Positions 9,593-18,940 of a stretch of 64,000 nucleotides of DNA are shown one piece after another. The notes under the pieces were generated by a model. It did no database searches, had not been told where the DNA came from, and saw only the letters and a list, made by a program, of their open reading frames with translations. The translations under genes were made by a program, and so were the position numbers. Positions within the stretch are counted from its first letter, which is position 1. Each line of letters opens with the position of its first letter. Source of the stretch: an uncultured delta proteobacterium (GTDB lineage Bacteria > Desulfobacterota > RBG-13-43-22); the NCBI GenBank assembly GCA_963711835.1, contig CAVQFQ010000004.1:416001-480000 (forward strand), written 5' to 3'.

Positions 9593-10933
9593 ATGCCGTC
9601 ACCCCAATTGCCTCCTTACGACCATCAGCCGAAACCTTATTCCGGTCCATCCCCGGAAGAGGTCTTGGCCCTCCGGAAGCAGGTTCTCAACCCAGGGCTG
9701 CTCACCTATTATCAGCAGCCGCTCATGATCGTCGAAGGATCCATGCAGTATGTTTATGATGAAAAGGGGCGCCGTTATCTGGATGCCTTTGCCGGGGTGG
9801 TCTCCATCAGCGTCGGCCATGGCCATCCTTATGTTCTACAGAAGGCCCGGGAGCAACTCGAACTCCTGCCTTACTTGCCCACTCTTTATCTGCACCCCCG
9901 GATATCCGAATATGGCCGGATGCTGGCCGAAAAGATGCCCGGGGATTTGAAGGTCTGCCACTTTGTCAATTCCGGATCGGAAGCCAACGAGTTGGCTTTG
10001 CTGATGGCCCGCCTTTACACCGGCAACTACGAGATTATCGCCTTGCGTAATGCCTACCACGGCAACAGCGCCTCGACCATGGGGCTGACGGCCCACAGCA
10101 CCTGGAAATATAACACACCCCATAGCTTTGGAGTCCATCACGCCCAGGCGCCCTACCCCTACCGGGGCCTCTGGGGCCAAGAAGATCCCGAGGCCGGGGC
10201 CAATTATGCCGCGGACATCAAGAGCCTGATCGACTATGCCACCCCGGGCCGGGTGGCGGGCTTTTTTGCCGAGTCTATTCAAGGCGTCGGCGGGGCCGTG
10301 GTTTATCCCGACGGCTACCTGGAACGAGCCTATGCCCATGTCCGCCAGGCTGGGGGGCTGTGTATTGCTGATGAGGTTCAAACCGGTTTCGGGCGCACCG
10401 GGACCCATTTCTGGGGATTTGAAACCCAAGGGGTCCTGCCGGATATCGTCACCATGGCTAAAGGCATCGGCAACGGCATCCCTTTGGCCGCGGTCGTTAC
10501 CAGGCCGGAAATCGCCCGGGTTCTGGCCGAGCGGATCCACTTCAATACCTTCGGGGGAAACCCGTTCTGCTGCGCCATAGGGAAAGCCGTCCTGGAAGTG
10601 ATCGAGCGGGAAGGTCTTCAGCGAAACTGCCTGGAACAGGGTGACTATCTGTTGGATGGCTTAAAAAAACTGGCCTCCAGGCACAGCCTGATCGGGGAGG
10701 TGCGCGGTAAAGGATTAATGATCGGGGTGGAGCTGGTACGGGATTTAAAGACCAAAGAACCGGCCTCGGAGGCATGTGCCCGGGTCTTTGAGAGGGTTAA
10801 GGAATTGGGGGTGCTGATTGGAAAAGGAGGCTTCTTCGGGAATGTCCTTCGTATCAAGCCCCCCATGTGCCTGACTCGGCCGGATGTGGATTTTCTGATT
10901 GAAGTTCTGGATCTGGCCCTGAAGGAAGTTTAG
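9593..10933 (+). CDS. Class III PLP aminotransferase (alanine-glyoxylate aminotransferase 2-like)
   Basis: [32 protein letters not shown] and NTFGGNP. Confidence 0.9.
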   Translation: MPSPQLPPYDHQPKPYSGPSPEEVLALRKQVLNPGLLTYYQQPLMIVEGSMQYVYDEKGRRYLDAFAGVVSISVGHGHPYVLQKAREQLELLPYLPTLYLHPRISEYGRMLAEKMPGDLKVCHFVNSGSEANELALLMARLYTGNYEIIALRNAYHGNSASTMGLTAHSTWKYNTPHSFGVHHAQAPYPYRGLWGQEDPEAGANYAADIKSLIDYATPGRVAGFFAESIQGVGGAVVYPDGYLERAYAHVRQAGGLCIADEVQTGFGRTGTHFWGFETQGVLPDIVTMAKGIGNGIPLAAVVTRPEIARVLAERIHFNTFGGNPFCCAIGKAVLEVIEREGLQRNCLEQGDYLLDGLKKLASRHSLIGEVRGKGLMIGVELVRDLKTKEPASEACARVFERVKELGVLIGKGGFFGNVLRIKPPMCLTRPDVDFLIEVLDLALKEV

Positions 10934-10968
10934 GCCAGATCCTCACAAGTTATAATCGGCGACGTGTT

Positions 10969-11304
10969 TTAGTACCTCCGGCCGCCTCCTCCGCCGCCGC
11001 TTCGACCGCCCCCGCCGCTGCGGCCGCCACCGAAGCCTCTTCCCCCTCCCGATTCTTTTCGGGGTTTGGCTTCGTTGACAATCAGTTTTTTGCCGTAAAG
11101 TTCTCCATTGTTGAACGATTTAATGACCTCGGCCGCTTCCTCCTCCGTATCCATTTCCACAAAACCGAAACCCCGGGAAAGGCCGGTATAGCGATCCCGG
11201 ACGATCTGGACCGAAACCACCTTTCCGAGTTGCTCGAAATTATGACGCAGATCATCTTCGGTTGCTTCCTGGGCCAAATTGCCGATGTAAATTTTTTTCT
11301 CCAT
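10969..11304 (-). CDS. RRM RNA-binding protein with Gly-rich tail
   Basis: RNP2 IYIGNL and RNP1 RGFGFVEM. Confidence 0.95.
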   Translation of the reverse strand: MEKKIYIGNLAQEATEDDLRHNFEQLGKVVSVQIVRDRYTGLSRGFGFVEMDTEEEAAEVIKSFNNGELYGKKLIVNEAKPRKESGGGRGFGGGRSGGGGRSGGGGGGRRY

Positions 11305-11537
11305 GCTGGGTCTCCTCCTTCAGATAAGGGTTACTGCCTAAAAAAATAACCCGCCTTGATTTTAGTAGTCCCGGCGGGTTATTCTCAACGGTTTGAACTT
11401 ACTAAAATTATTTGTCTTGAGTGGGTGTCCTGAACTCAAACATCACATTCGATTAGGCGTATTATAATCGAAAAGCACCCTTTGGTCAAGGAAAAAGGTG
11501 GGATCCTTTCCGACGCTGAAATTCACTATCCGAAAAG

Positions 11538-11638
11538 AAAATTATCCCCCTATCGGCCAAGACCGTGCCCGGCAGTTTCCGGGCGGTCGAGGGTCCTGGG
11601 ATGCTTTCACCGTCTTGTCGGCCGATAAGAATAATTTT
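11538..11638. repeat. About 100 bp element with imperfect 27-bp terminal inverted repeats
   Basis: AAAATTATCCCCCTATCGGCCAAGACCG versus CGTCTTGTCGGCCGATAAGAATAATTTT. Confidence 0.55.
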
Positions 11639-11956
11639 TCATATCGGAGGGGCGATGGTCACCAGAAGCCTGAGGTCGGTATCGGCGGCCAGCCCATGGG
11701 GTTCGCTGATGTCGCAGACCAAAACGTCCCCTTTCCGGGCCGGTATCTCGCTGTTGTCTTTGCCCAAAAACTTTCCTGAGCCTTCCAGGACCACCAGGCA
11801 CACCTGTCCCTCGATGTCGTGGGCGTGGACCGGTAAAAGCTGTCCGGCCTTAAAGTTGAAATTGAGGATTTTGAAGTAAGGTGAGTCATGGACCAAAAGC
11901 CTCTTGAAGGACAGGTCGGCGAAATCATTGGCTTCATAGAGATTGACCTTTTTCAT
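11639..11956 (-). CDS. Small cupin domain protein
   Basis: PVHAH...VLEGSG...PHG cupin motifs; GGAGG RBS. Confidence 0.85.
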   Translation of the reverse strand: MKKVNLYEANDFADLSFKRLLVHDSPYFKILNFNFKAGQLLPVHAHDIEGQVCLVVLEGSGKFLGKDNSEIPARKGDVLVCDISEPHGLAADTDLRLLVTIAPPI

Positions 11957-12158
11957 CTTTCCTCCTTTTTCATTCTCTTAACCTTTTTCCCCCTTAAATA
12001 TAAAGTTTTTCTTCCCTTACATCCATATTAAAATGACTAGGATGCCGGTATTATGGTCAAACAAACTGGCATCTAAGTTATGCTAACCAATTAATTATTA
12101 TATTAAATTAAGATTATCCCTTCTCACTTTCGGAAGGTAATGTAATTCTGAAAATTTT

Positions 12159-13706
12159 TTAATCGGTGATAACTAAGGGAAGATATATCTTATGACTTGA
12201 ATTATTAGCTGTCTTAAAAATCCCAGTAATATAGAGGTCTCTGTTCATGGTCAGGGTGCAGGAAGGATTGGTTCCGCTGCAGGCGTCCCTAACCACCCGG
12301 CAAATTCCGATCCGGAATTGGGTGTAGCCGTCAGGGTCACAACCGTCCCGGCACTAAATCTGTCTCCGGGAGGGTTCTTTACTATGGTACCGCGCCCCGA
12401 ACCAACTTTGAAAACTTGGAGAGAATAATTGATATTGGTGAGAGTTAAGAAGGAAGCGTTGATGTTGTGGTTAGCTGTGACGTTACTGAAGGTATAACTT
12501 GTCACCGCCCCAACCGAGGTCCCATCCGCGGTAACAGCGGCCACCCGATAGCCCGCGGCCGGGGTAATAGTGAAGGTTCGGCTGGCGCCATAATTGACCG
12601 TGGTGGTGCCGGCAGGGGAGATAGAGCCGTTGGCCCCGGCCGTTGCCGTGATCGTATAGGCCTTTAGATTGAAACCGGCTGTTTTCGTGGTATTGCTGTT
12701 CATGGTCACGGTGCAGGTGAGGCTGGACCCGCACCCCCCGGACCAGCCGCTAAAAACCGAACTGGCGTCGGCTGTCGCCGTCAGAGTCACCAACGTTCCT
12801 GGGTTGAAAGAAGATCCTGTCGGACTGTTGGTGACAGAGCCGGTTCCAGTCCCATTTTTCAAAACCGTCAACGTATAGGTAGTGCCAATAGCAAAAGTCG
12901 CGGAAATCGTATGATTAGCCGTAACATTACTGAAGGTGTAACTTGTCACCGCCCCTACCGAGGTCCCATCTACGGTAACCGCGGCCACCCGATAGCCCGC
13001 GGCCGGGGTAATAGTAAAGGTTCGGCTGGCGCCATGAATTGACCGTGGTAGTGCCGGCAGGGGAGATAGAGCCGTTGGCCCCGGCCGTGGCCGTGATCGT
13101 ATAGGTCTTTAGGTTGAAAGCGGCTGTTATCCGTGGTATTGCTGTTCATGGTCACGGTGCAGGTGGGGCTGGTCCCGCTGCAGCCCCCGGACCAGCCGCT
13201 AAAAACCGAACTGGCATCGGCTGTCGCCGTCAGGGTCACCGCACGCCCCCAATGCATAGGCCTCGGAACAGTCTGTCCCGCAACCAATGCCTGTTGCTGA
13301 AACGGTCCCGGTCCCATTCCCCTGCTTGGTCACCGTCAGGGTCAGCTGTTTGAACCGATGAAGAATAGCTTACCTCGTTGGAATAGCCGCTGCTCGCGCC
13401 TTGGGTATTTTCGGCAGTCAAGGCAAAGTAGTAAGTTGTTCCAGCATTCAAGTTAGTGAGGGTATAAATGAGGTTCAAACCCACATCGATATGTTGCGAG
13501 TAGGTCATGGATGCTGTTCCGTAATGAAGCCTATATCTTGCCAAATTTGATTCGGTATTGGGGTCCCAGGCCAGGGTGACCTGGGCCGAAAAACTGATTG
13601 ATGGAAGAATAAAGAGGAAGAATAAGACCAGGGTGGGAAGACAAAACCTTGAGAGGAGGGATAGGAATCCCTTCACCCGGTTTCTTTGGGAATCTATAAA
13701 AGCCAT
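12159..13706 (-). pseudogene. Exported FN3 + divergent InlB B-repeat surface protein, split by several frameshifts (possibly sequencing errors)
   Basis: Signal peptide, VTLAWDPN...YYFALTA FN3 domain, tandem VTLTATAD...FSGWSGGC and YTITATAGANGSISP repeats over 4 frames; final frame ends KIYLPLVITD* at 12159. Confidence 0.75.
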
Positions 13707-13809
13707 TTTATATATCCATCACTTTAACCTTTATTAGGATTAGCGAATTACTGAGTGACTTCCTCAAATGGATTTATTATTTTCTTGGTTGATTAACTAA
13801 AAAACCCGA

Positions 13810-13825
13810 TGCATTTTTTGTTCCA
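13810..13825 (-). promoter_or_regulatory. Putative sigma54 -24/-12 promoter
   Basis: TGGAACAAAAAATGCA (GG-N10-GC) about 100 bp upstream of the FN3 gene. Confidence 0.45.
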
Positions 13826-14100
13826 CCAGCCTTTCATTGTTAAATACGATTAAATATCGTCTGCTTATCTTTTAGGAAGAAAACTTCAAATCCACTTTGA
13901 TGCAGGAAAATCCAGACGAAATTATTTTAAAAGGGGAACGAATTAAGCGGTTAGATTTGGGCTGGTTTTTAACTTACTATTATAAAAGCGTTTTTTCGCG
14001 GCTGCCAAATGAAGGGTTTCCCACACACCCCACTTGGAATAATTTGACGGAAGAGGAAGTGACATTATTGCCCTGTTAGAGTCGGGGACAAACCAATTTG

Positions 14101-14428
14101 GCATATCGGAGGGGCGATGGTCACCAGAAGCCTGAGGTCGGTATCGGCTGCCAGACCATGGGTTCGCTGATGTCGCAGACCGGAACGTCACGTTTCCGGG
14201 CCGGCATCTCGCTGTTGTCTACCTAAAAACTTTCCGGAGCCTTCCAGGACCGACCAGGCAGTTTACCGTGTCCCTCGACTGTCGTGGGCAGTGGACCGGC
14301 GGGATAATGCTGGCTCCGGCCTTGAAGTTGAAATTCAGGATCTTGAGGTCAGGCGAATCGTGGACCAAGAGCCTCTTGAAGGACAGGTCGGCGAAATCAT
14401 CGGCTTCATAAAGATTGACCTTTTTCAT
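14101..14428 (-). pseudogene. Second, frameshifted copy of the cupin gene
   Basis: Near-identical to 11639-11956, with synonymous substitutions, many 1-bp indels and a lost stop. Confidence 0.8.
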
Positions 14429-14688
14429 TTTTCCTCCTTTGCGGGCGTTTCCTGAAATCCCTTCGCCGGCCGTCAGGGTTTATCCGGAAACCTTCCCCGA
14501 CCCTATCCGGCAGCTTCTCCGTCCATTCTTTCGGAATGTATAAATGAATTTCGCTTTTTTTATTTTGACAACCATAGCATAGGTGTCGTATTTTTTTTAA
14601 TATAAAAATACTGGTTCATTAAACGCTTTCCCCTGGCTGGCACCAAACGCCGATTTCAGTCTTTCGTCCACGACGATAAGCGGTCACC

Positions 14689-15309
14689 ATGGACCTATCC
14701 ACCTTGCTCTATTTTCTCGGCGCATCGATCGCCCTTACCTTAGCTCCCGGTCCTGACAACCTCTTTGTCATTACGCAGGGAATTACCCGGGGAAGGAAGC
14801 CGGCCATCATTACCGCCATTGGGATGTGCAGCGGGATCAGTATCCATACCACGGCAGCGGCTTTCGGAATCTCGGCGGTATTCTATTCCTCGGCCGTTGC
14901 CTTCAAGGCCGTCAAGTACGCCGGAGCAGCCTACCTGCTGATCCTGGCCTATAAAACGCTGAAGCAACGCTCCGCCATAAAACTCGCGATCGCTGATGAT
15001 CGGACTGCTGTCGCCTTGTTTAAGCGGGGATTTATTATGAATGTCCTCAATCCGAAGGTGGCCATGTTCTTTCTGGCTTTTCTGCCGCAGTTCGTGACCT
15101 CCCAGACCCGCTATTTCCCCCTCCAGCTGCTGCTGCTGGGATTCATCTTCATGGTGCAGGGCGTAATCATTTTTTCTCTGATCGGCTATTTCTCGGGCAG
15201 TATCGGCAAGTTCATCCTGGCCCGGCCAAAGATCGCGAAGGTTTGTGACTGGTTGACAGCCGGGATCCTGGCTTCCTTAGGCGTCAAATTGGCCCTGGCT
15301 GAACGATGA
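14689..15309 (+). CDS. LysE/RhtB family exporter
   Basis: APGPDN, GAAYL and NVLNPKVAMFFLAFLPQF. Confidence 0.9.
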   Translation: MDLSTLLYFLGASIALTLAPGPDNLFVITQGITRGRKPAIITAIGMCSGISIHTTAAAFGISAVFYSSAVAFKAVKYAGAAYLLILAYKTLKQRSAIKLAIADDRTAVALFKRGFIMNVLNPKVAMFFLAFLPQFVTSQTRYFPLQLLLLGFIFMVQGVIIFSLIGYFSGSIGKFILARPKIAKVCDWLTAGILASLGVKLALAER

Positions 15310-15458
15310 TCCTGGATCAGGGAACCCGGATGCTGCACCGGTCCGAACATGTTCCCTCTTAAATTTTTATTGATCCAAGATAAAATTCGGTTGACACTTT
15401 TTTAAAATTTATATAACATCTTAATAATTCAATGAAATTTAAAGGACGGGAAGAAGCT

Positions 15459-15857
15459 ATGGAAGTTAAGGATGTTAAGGCCTTGTTTACCGATGAAACG
15501 CTCAAAATGATTTTTCCAGCTCAAAAGGCGGACCAGTTTTTTGAGGCCTTATATGGGGATGTGGAGGAAGGGGCTTATGACATCAGGTTGAAGTTTAAAG
15601 ACCATGATCCGGCTCGAAAGAATCTCACTTTTTTAATTGAACTTATTGAAAGAAAAGGGAAATGTCTTGTTTGCAACCTGACTTACGGCCTGCCGGAAGT
15701 CTTTTCGCGGCACCCTGTTATTAATATAAATGGGATCGTCAGGGAGATTGAAAAGCTGTTAGGAAAGACGGCCGAAGGGAGCCGTTGGTCTTTGGGGAAG
15801 ACCCTGCCGGTTTCCAATACGCTTCATGCCATCCCCCTGATTATCTCCCTTAAATGA
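15459..15857 (+). CDS. Conserved hypothetical protein with CxxC
   Basis: FFEALYGD...GKCLVCNLTYGLPEVFSRHP, a motif I recall from sulfate-reducer proteins; TTGACA/TATAAC promoter upstream. Confidence 0.7.
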   Translation: MEVKDVKALFTDETLKMIFPAQKADQFFEALYGDVEEGAYDIRLKFKDHDPARKNLTFLIELIERKGKCLVCNLTYGLPEVFSRHPVININGIVREIEKLLGKTAEGSRWSLGKTLPVSNTLHAIPLIISLK

Positions 15858-15904
15858 TCTGTAACAGTGTCCGACAAGTCAGGAGGGTCTCGCCGGAATC
15901 CTAA

Positions 15905-16648
15905 ATGATCGAAAACGAATATGAAAAGATGTATCGGCTGGAGGACACGCATTGGTGGTTCCGGGCCAAAAGAAATTATGTAAAGACCGTCCTGGATCTG
16001 TTCCTGAAAAAGAAACACCTGAGAATATTGGATCTGGGTTGCGGCACGGGCCGGATGGTGGACTTGTTGCAGGAATATGGTGCGGTTTTCGGATTGGACT
16101 TTCACCAAGGGGCCTGCCATTTTGCCCGCCGTCGAAAAGAGTTCCCCCTGGTCCGGGGAGATGCCAACCGCCTTCCCTTTAAAAAGAACTCGTTTGATCT
16201 TATCAGCGCTTTTGATTTATTATACCACCAGGGAATAGGAAACGACCAATACGTCCTGGAACAGGCCTATGATTTGTTGACCCAGGGAGGCACCCTCATC
16301 ATTACCGATTCGGCCTTCGAATTCTTGAAAAGCCGGCACGATCTGGCCGTCATGGCCCGTCACCGCTATACCCTGAGAGAGCTTACCGATAAACTTCAGG
16401 GCCAGGGGTTTACCATTATAAAAAAAACCTATCTCTACTTTGTACTTTTTCCGTTGGTGGCGGTTTCCAGACTGGCGAACAAAATAATATTAGCCCTTAG
16501 CCAGCCCGAAATCCGTTCCGATCTAAAAGAAACTCCCAATTCAATCAATGGGTTACTGGTTAGGCTGTTATCCTGGGAAGGGAGGCTGTTGAAATATTTA
16601 AGCTTTCCTATGGGTTCCTCTCTTTTAATCTTGGCCAAAAGGAATTAA
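15905..16648 (+). CDS. Class I SAM-dependent methyltransferase
   Basis: EDTHWWF and ILDLGCGTG. Confidence 0.85.
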   Translation: MIENEYEKMYRLEDTHWWFRAKRNYVKTVLDLFLKKKHLRILDLGCGTGRMVDLLQEYGAVFGLDFHQGACHFARRRKEFPLVRGDANRLPFKKNSFDLISAFDLLYHQGIGNDQYVLEQAYDLLTQGGTLIITDSAFEFLKSRHDLAVMARHRYTLRELTDKLQGQGFTIIKKTYLYFVLFPLVAVSRLANKIILALSQPEIRSDLKETPNSINGLLVRLLSWEGRLLKYLSFPMGSSLLILAKRN

Positions 16649-16651
16649 ATC

Positions 16652-17017
16652 GTGGCCCATCTCCTTTTAATCTTCATATCCGTTATACTGACCGCGGCCG
16701 GCCAGTTATGTTTCCGGAAAGGCATGGCCGGGATTCAGGCCGCCCAGGAAAAAGCAGCCCTCGGTAAACTGATTCTCTCCGGTTTATTGAACGGATACGT
16801 GCTCACCGGTTTTATCTTCTTTGGAGCCGGTGCTTTGCTCTGGCTGGGAGTTCTGGCCAAAGAGGAAGTCAGCTACGCTTATCCCCTCTCCAGCCTCGGT
16901 TACCTAATCGTCCTTCTGGGGTCCTCACTCTTATTCCAGGAACAGGTCACCCTGCCCAGAATATTGGGCGTCCTCTTCATCCTGATCGGGGTCTTTTTGG
17001 TTGAAATCAGCCGCTGA
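16652..17017 (+). CDS. SMR/EamA-type small membrane protein (ArnE/ArnF-like)
   Basis: 4 TM segments, GQLCFRKG and VSYAYP. Confidence 0.75.
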   Translation: MAHLLLIFISVILTAAGQLCFRKGMAGIQAAQEKAALGKLILSGLLNGYVLTGFIFFGAGALLWLGVLAKEEVSYAYPLSSLGYLIVLLGSSLLFQEQVTLPRILGVLFILIGVFLVEISR

Positions 17018-17090
17018 ATAACAGCCCTTCGGGCCGGCCATCGGTCTCTTTTTGAGCCCAGCCTCCCGGGCCTGGTCTCTCCCGGGGAAA

Positions 17091-17116
17091 ATATTGATTG
17101 ACAAATCAATCAATAT
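17091..17116. promoter_or_regulatory. Probable TetR operator overlapping a -35 box
   Basis: Perfect 11-bp inverted repeat ATATTGATTGA-CAAA-TCAATCAATAT containing TTGACA, 20 bp before the TetR ATG. Confidence 0.7.
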
Positions 17117-17135
17117 CTGCTAACAGCCTATCCAT

Positions 17136-17771
17136 ATGAAAAAGGACTGGGAAGAATTCAAGAAGGAAAAACAGTCGGTCATCTTTGAGGCCACCCTCAA
17201 GGTCATCAAAGAAAAGGGATTCCACCAGGCCCGGATGGCCGATATTGCCCAGGCCGCCGGTATTTCCTACGGATTGGTCTATCATTACTTTAAGAACAAG
17301 GAAGGGTTGTTCAATCAAATCCTCAATCAGTGGTGGGAGGAACTCTATCGTCTGCTGGAATCGGTTCGAAAAAGCGGCGGGGATTTCCCTGAAAAGTTAA
17401 AAAAAATTCTTCATTACTTTTTGGATATTTACCAGCATAAACCCGACCTGATCCATATTTTCATTACCCAGATATCCAGGTCCTCCAATAACATGACCAA
17501 GAGCCGCCTGGAACATTTCAAGAAATTTATTTCCCTGACCGAGACTATCCTGCAGGAAGGGCAGCAGCAGGGATTTCTCCGAAAGGATTTTGAAGCCCGC
17601 TATCTGACCTATATATTTTTAGGGGCCCTGGAGACCTTCATGTCCATCATGGTTTTGGGGAACCAGAAGATCAAAGACGATCTTCAGAAGGAACGGATCA
17701 CCCAGAGTATGTTGGAGGTTTTTCTTAACGGAGCCAGAAACCGTTCCTATCGGTCAGCGATCAGCCAATAG
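17136..17771 (+). CDS. TetR/AcrR family regulator
   Basis: KGFHQARMADIAQAAGISYGLVYHYFKNKE HTH. Confidence 0.92.
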   Translation: MKKDWEEFKKEKQSVIFEATLKVIKEKGFHQARMADIAQAAGISYGLVYHYFKNKEGLFNQILNQWWEELYRLLESVRKSGGDFPEKLKKILHYFLDIYQHKPDLIHIFITQISRSSNNMTKSRLEHFKKFISLTETILQEGQQQGFLRKDFEARYLTYIFLGALETFMSIMVLGNQKIKDDLQKERITQSMLEVFLNGARNRSYRSAISQ

Positions 17772-17786
17772 GTAAAAGGAATTCTT

Positions 17787-18932
17787 ATGGACTTTGCCTT
17801 CACCGAGGAACAATTGCTTTTTAAGGAACAGGTCCTCAAGTTTGCCCGCAAGGAAATAGTTCCCCGCTGTCAGGACCATGATCTGAAGGGTCAATTTGAT
17901 TTTGAGTCCTTTCGGAAATTGGGCGAATTCGGCCTCCTGGGTCTGCATCTTCCCGAAGCATTAGGGGGCAGCGGGGCCGATGTGGTCACTTCCGTACTCG
18001 CGGCCGAGGCCCTTGGGGAGGCCGGAGTGGACGGGGGCCTGACCCTTTCCTACGGGGCCCACACCTATCTCTGCGCCGATACGATTTTTTCCCACGGCAC
18101 AGAGGCCCAGCGCCGGAAATACGTTCCCCGACTGGCCAGCGGCGAGTTGATCGGCTGCATGGGTTTGACCGAACCCGGAGCCGGTTCCGATGTTACCGCC
18201 CTTTCCACCCGGGCGGTCAAGCAAGGCGACCATTATCTTCTGAACGGCTCGAAGATGTTCATCACCAACGGTCCCATTGCCGATGTGGCGGTCGTCTATG
18301 CCAGGACCTCAACCGCCGGTGAACGGCATGAAGGTATTTCTGCTTTTATCATCGAGAAGGGGACCAAAGGCTTCAGCGCCGGCAACAAGCTGAACAAAAT
18401 GGGAGTCCGATCCTCTTATACCTCGGCCCTTTATTTGGAAGACTGCCTGGTCCCGGCCGAGAATCTTTTGGGCCAGGAAGGCCTGGGATTTCTGATGGCC
18501 ATGCAGACCGTGGAATGGGACCGGAGCACCTTGATGGCCCCTTTCCTGGGAGGGATCACCTATATCCTGGAAAAGTCCTGCCGCTACAGCAGAGAGAGGC
18601 AGCAGTTCGGCCGGCCCATTGCCGACTATCAGGCCATTAAACACAAAATCGCCGATATAAAGGTTTTCCTGGAAGCGGCCCGTTCCTTGATTTATCGCAT
18701 GGCCTGGTGCAAGGACCAGGGCCGGCCTCTCAATCACCTGGAAGCGGCCATAGCCAAGCTCTTTATCGGGGATTGGAGTCTGGTCCCGACCAATCATGCC
18801 GTCATCATCCACGGCGGCTACGGTTACTGCCACGAATACGATGTGGAAAGAACCTTTCGTGACAGCCGCCTGGCCCCGATCGGAGGCGGAACCTCCGAGA
18901 TTCAAAAGATGATTATTTCCCGTTTGATGTAG
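17787..18932 (+). CDS. Acyl-CoA dehydrogenase
   Basis: LTEPGAGSD, KMFITNG, RQQFGRPI, HGGYGY and GGGTSEIQ. Confidence 0.92.
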   Translation: MDFAFTEEQLLFKEQVLKFARKEIVPRCQDHDLKGQFDFESFRKLGEFGLLGLHLPEALGGSGADVVTSVLAAEALGEAGVDGGLTLSYGAHTYLCADTIFSHGTEAQRRKYVPRLASGELIGCMGLTEPGAGSDVTALSTRAVKQGDHYLLNGSKMFITNGPIADVAVVYARTSTAGERHEGISAFIIEKGTKGFSAGNKLNKMGVRSSYTSALYLEDCLVPAENLLGQEGLGFLMAMQTVEWDRSTLMAPFLGGITYILEKSCRYSRERQQFGRPIADYQAIKHKIADIKVFLEAARSLIYRMAWCKDQGRPLNHLEAAIAKLFIGDWSLVPTNHAVIIHGGYGYCHEYDVERTFRDSRLAPIGGGTSEIQKMIISRLM

Positions 18933-18940
18933 AGGCCAAC

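Noticed and set aside
3669-10933. GABA fermentation module (abfD plus class III aminotransferase)
   Set aside because: The genes are in separate units with unrelated genes between; no 4-hydroxybutyrate dehydrogenase or CoA transferase nearby
12067-12084. TGGCATCTAAGTTATGCT as a sigma54 promoter
   Set aside because: GG-to-GC spacing is 12 rather than 10, and no plus-strand gene follows
14460-14545. Minus-strand CATTCCGAAAGAATGGACG resembling a c-di-GMP-I riboswitch hairpin
   Set aside because: Lacks the upstream GGCAAAC-type junction and the tetraloop receptor; only one hairpin matches
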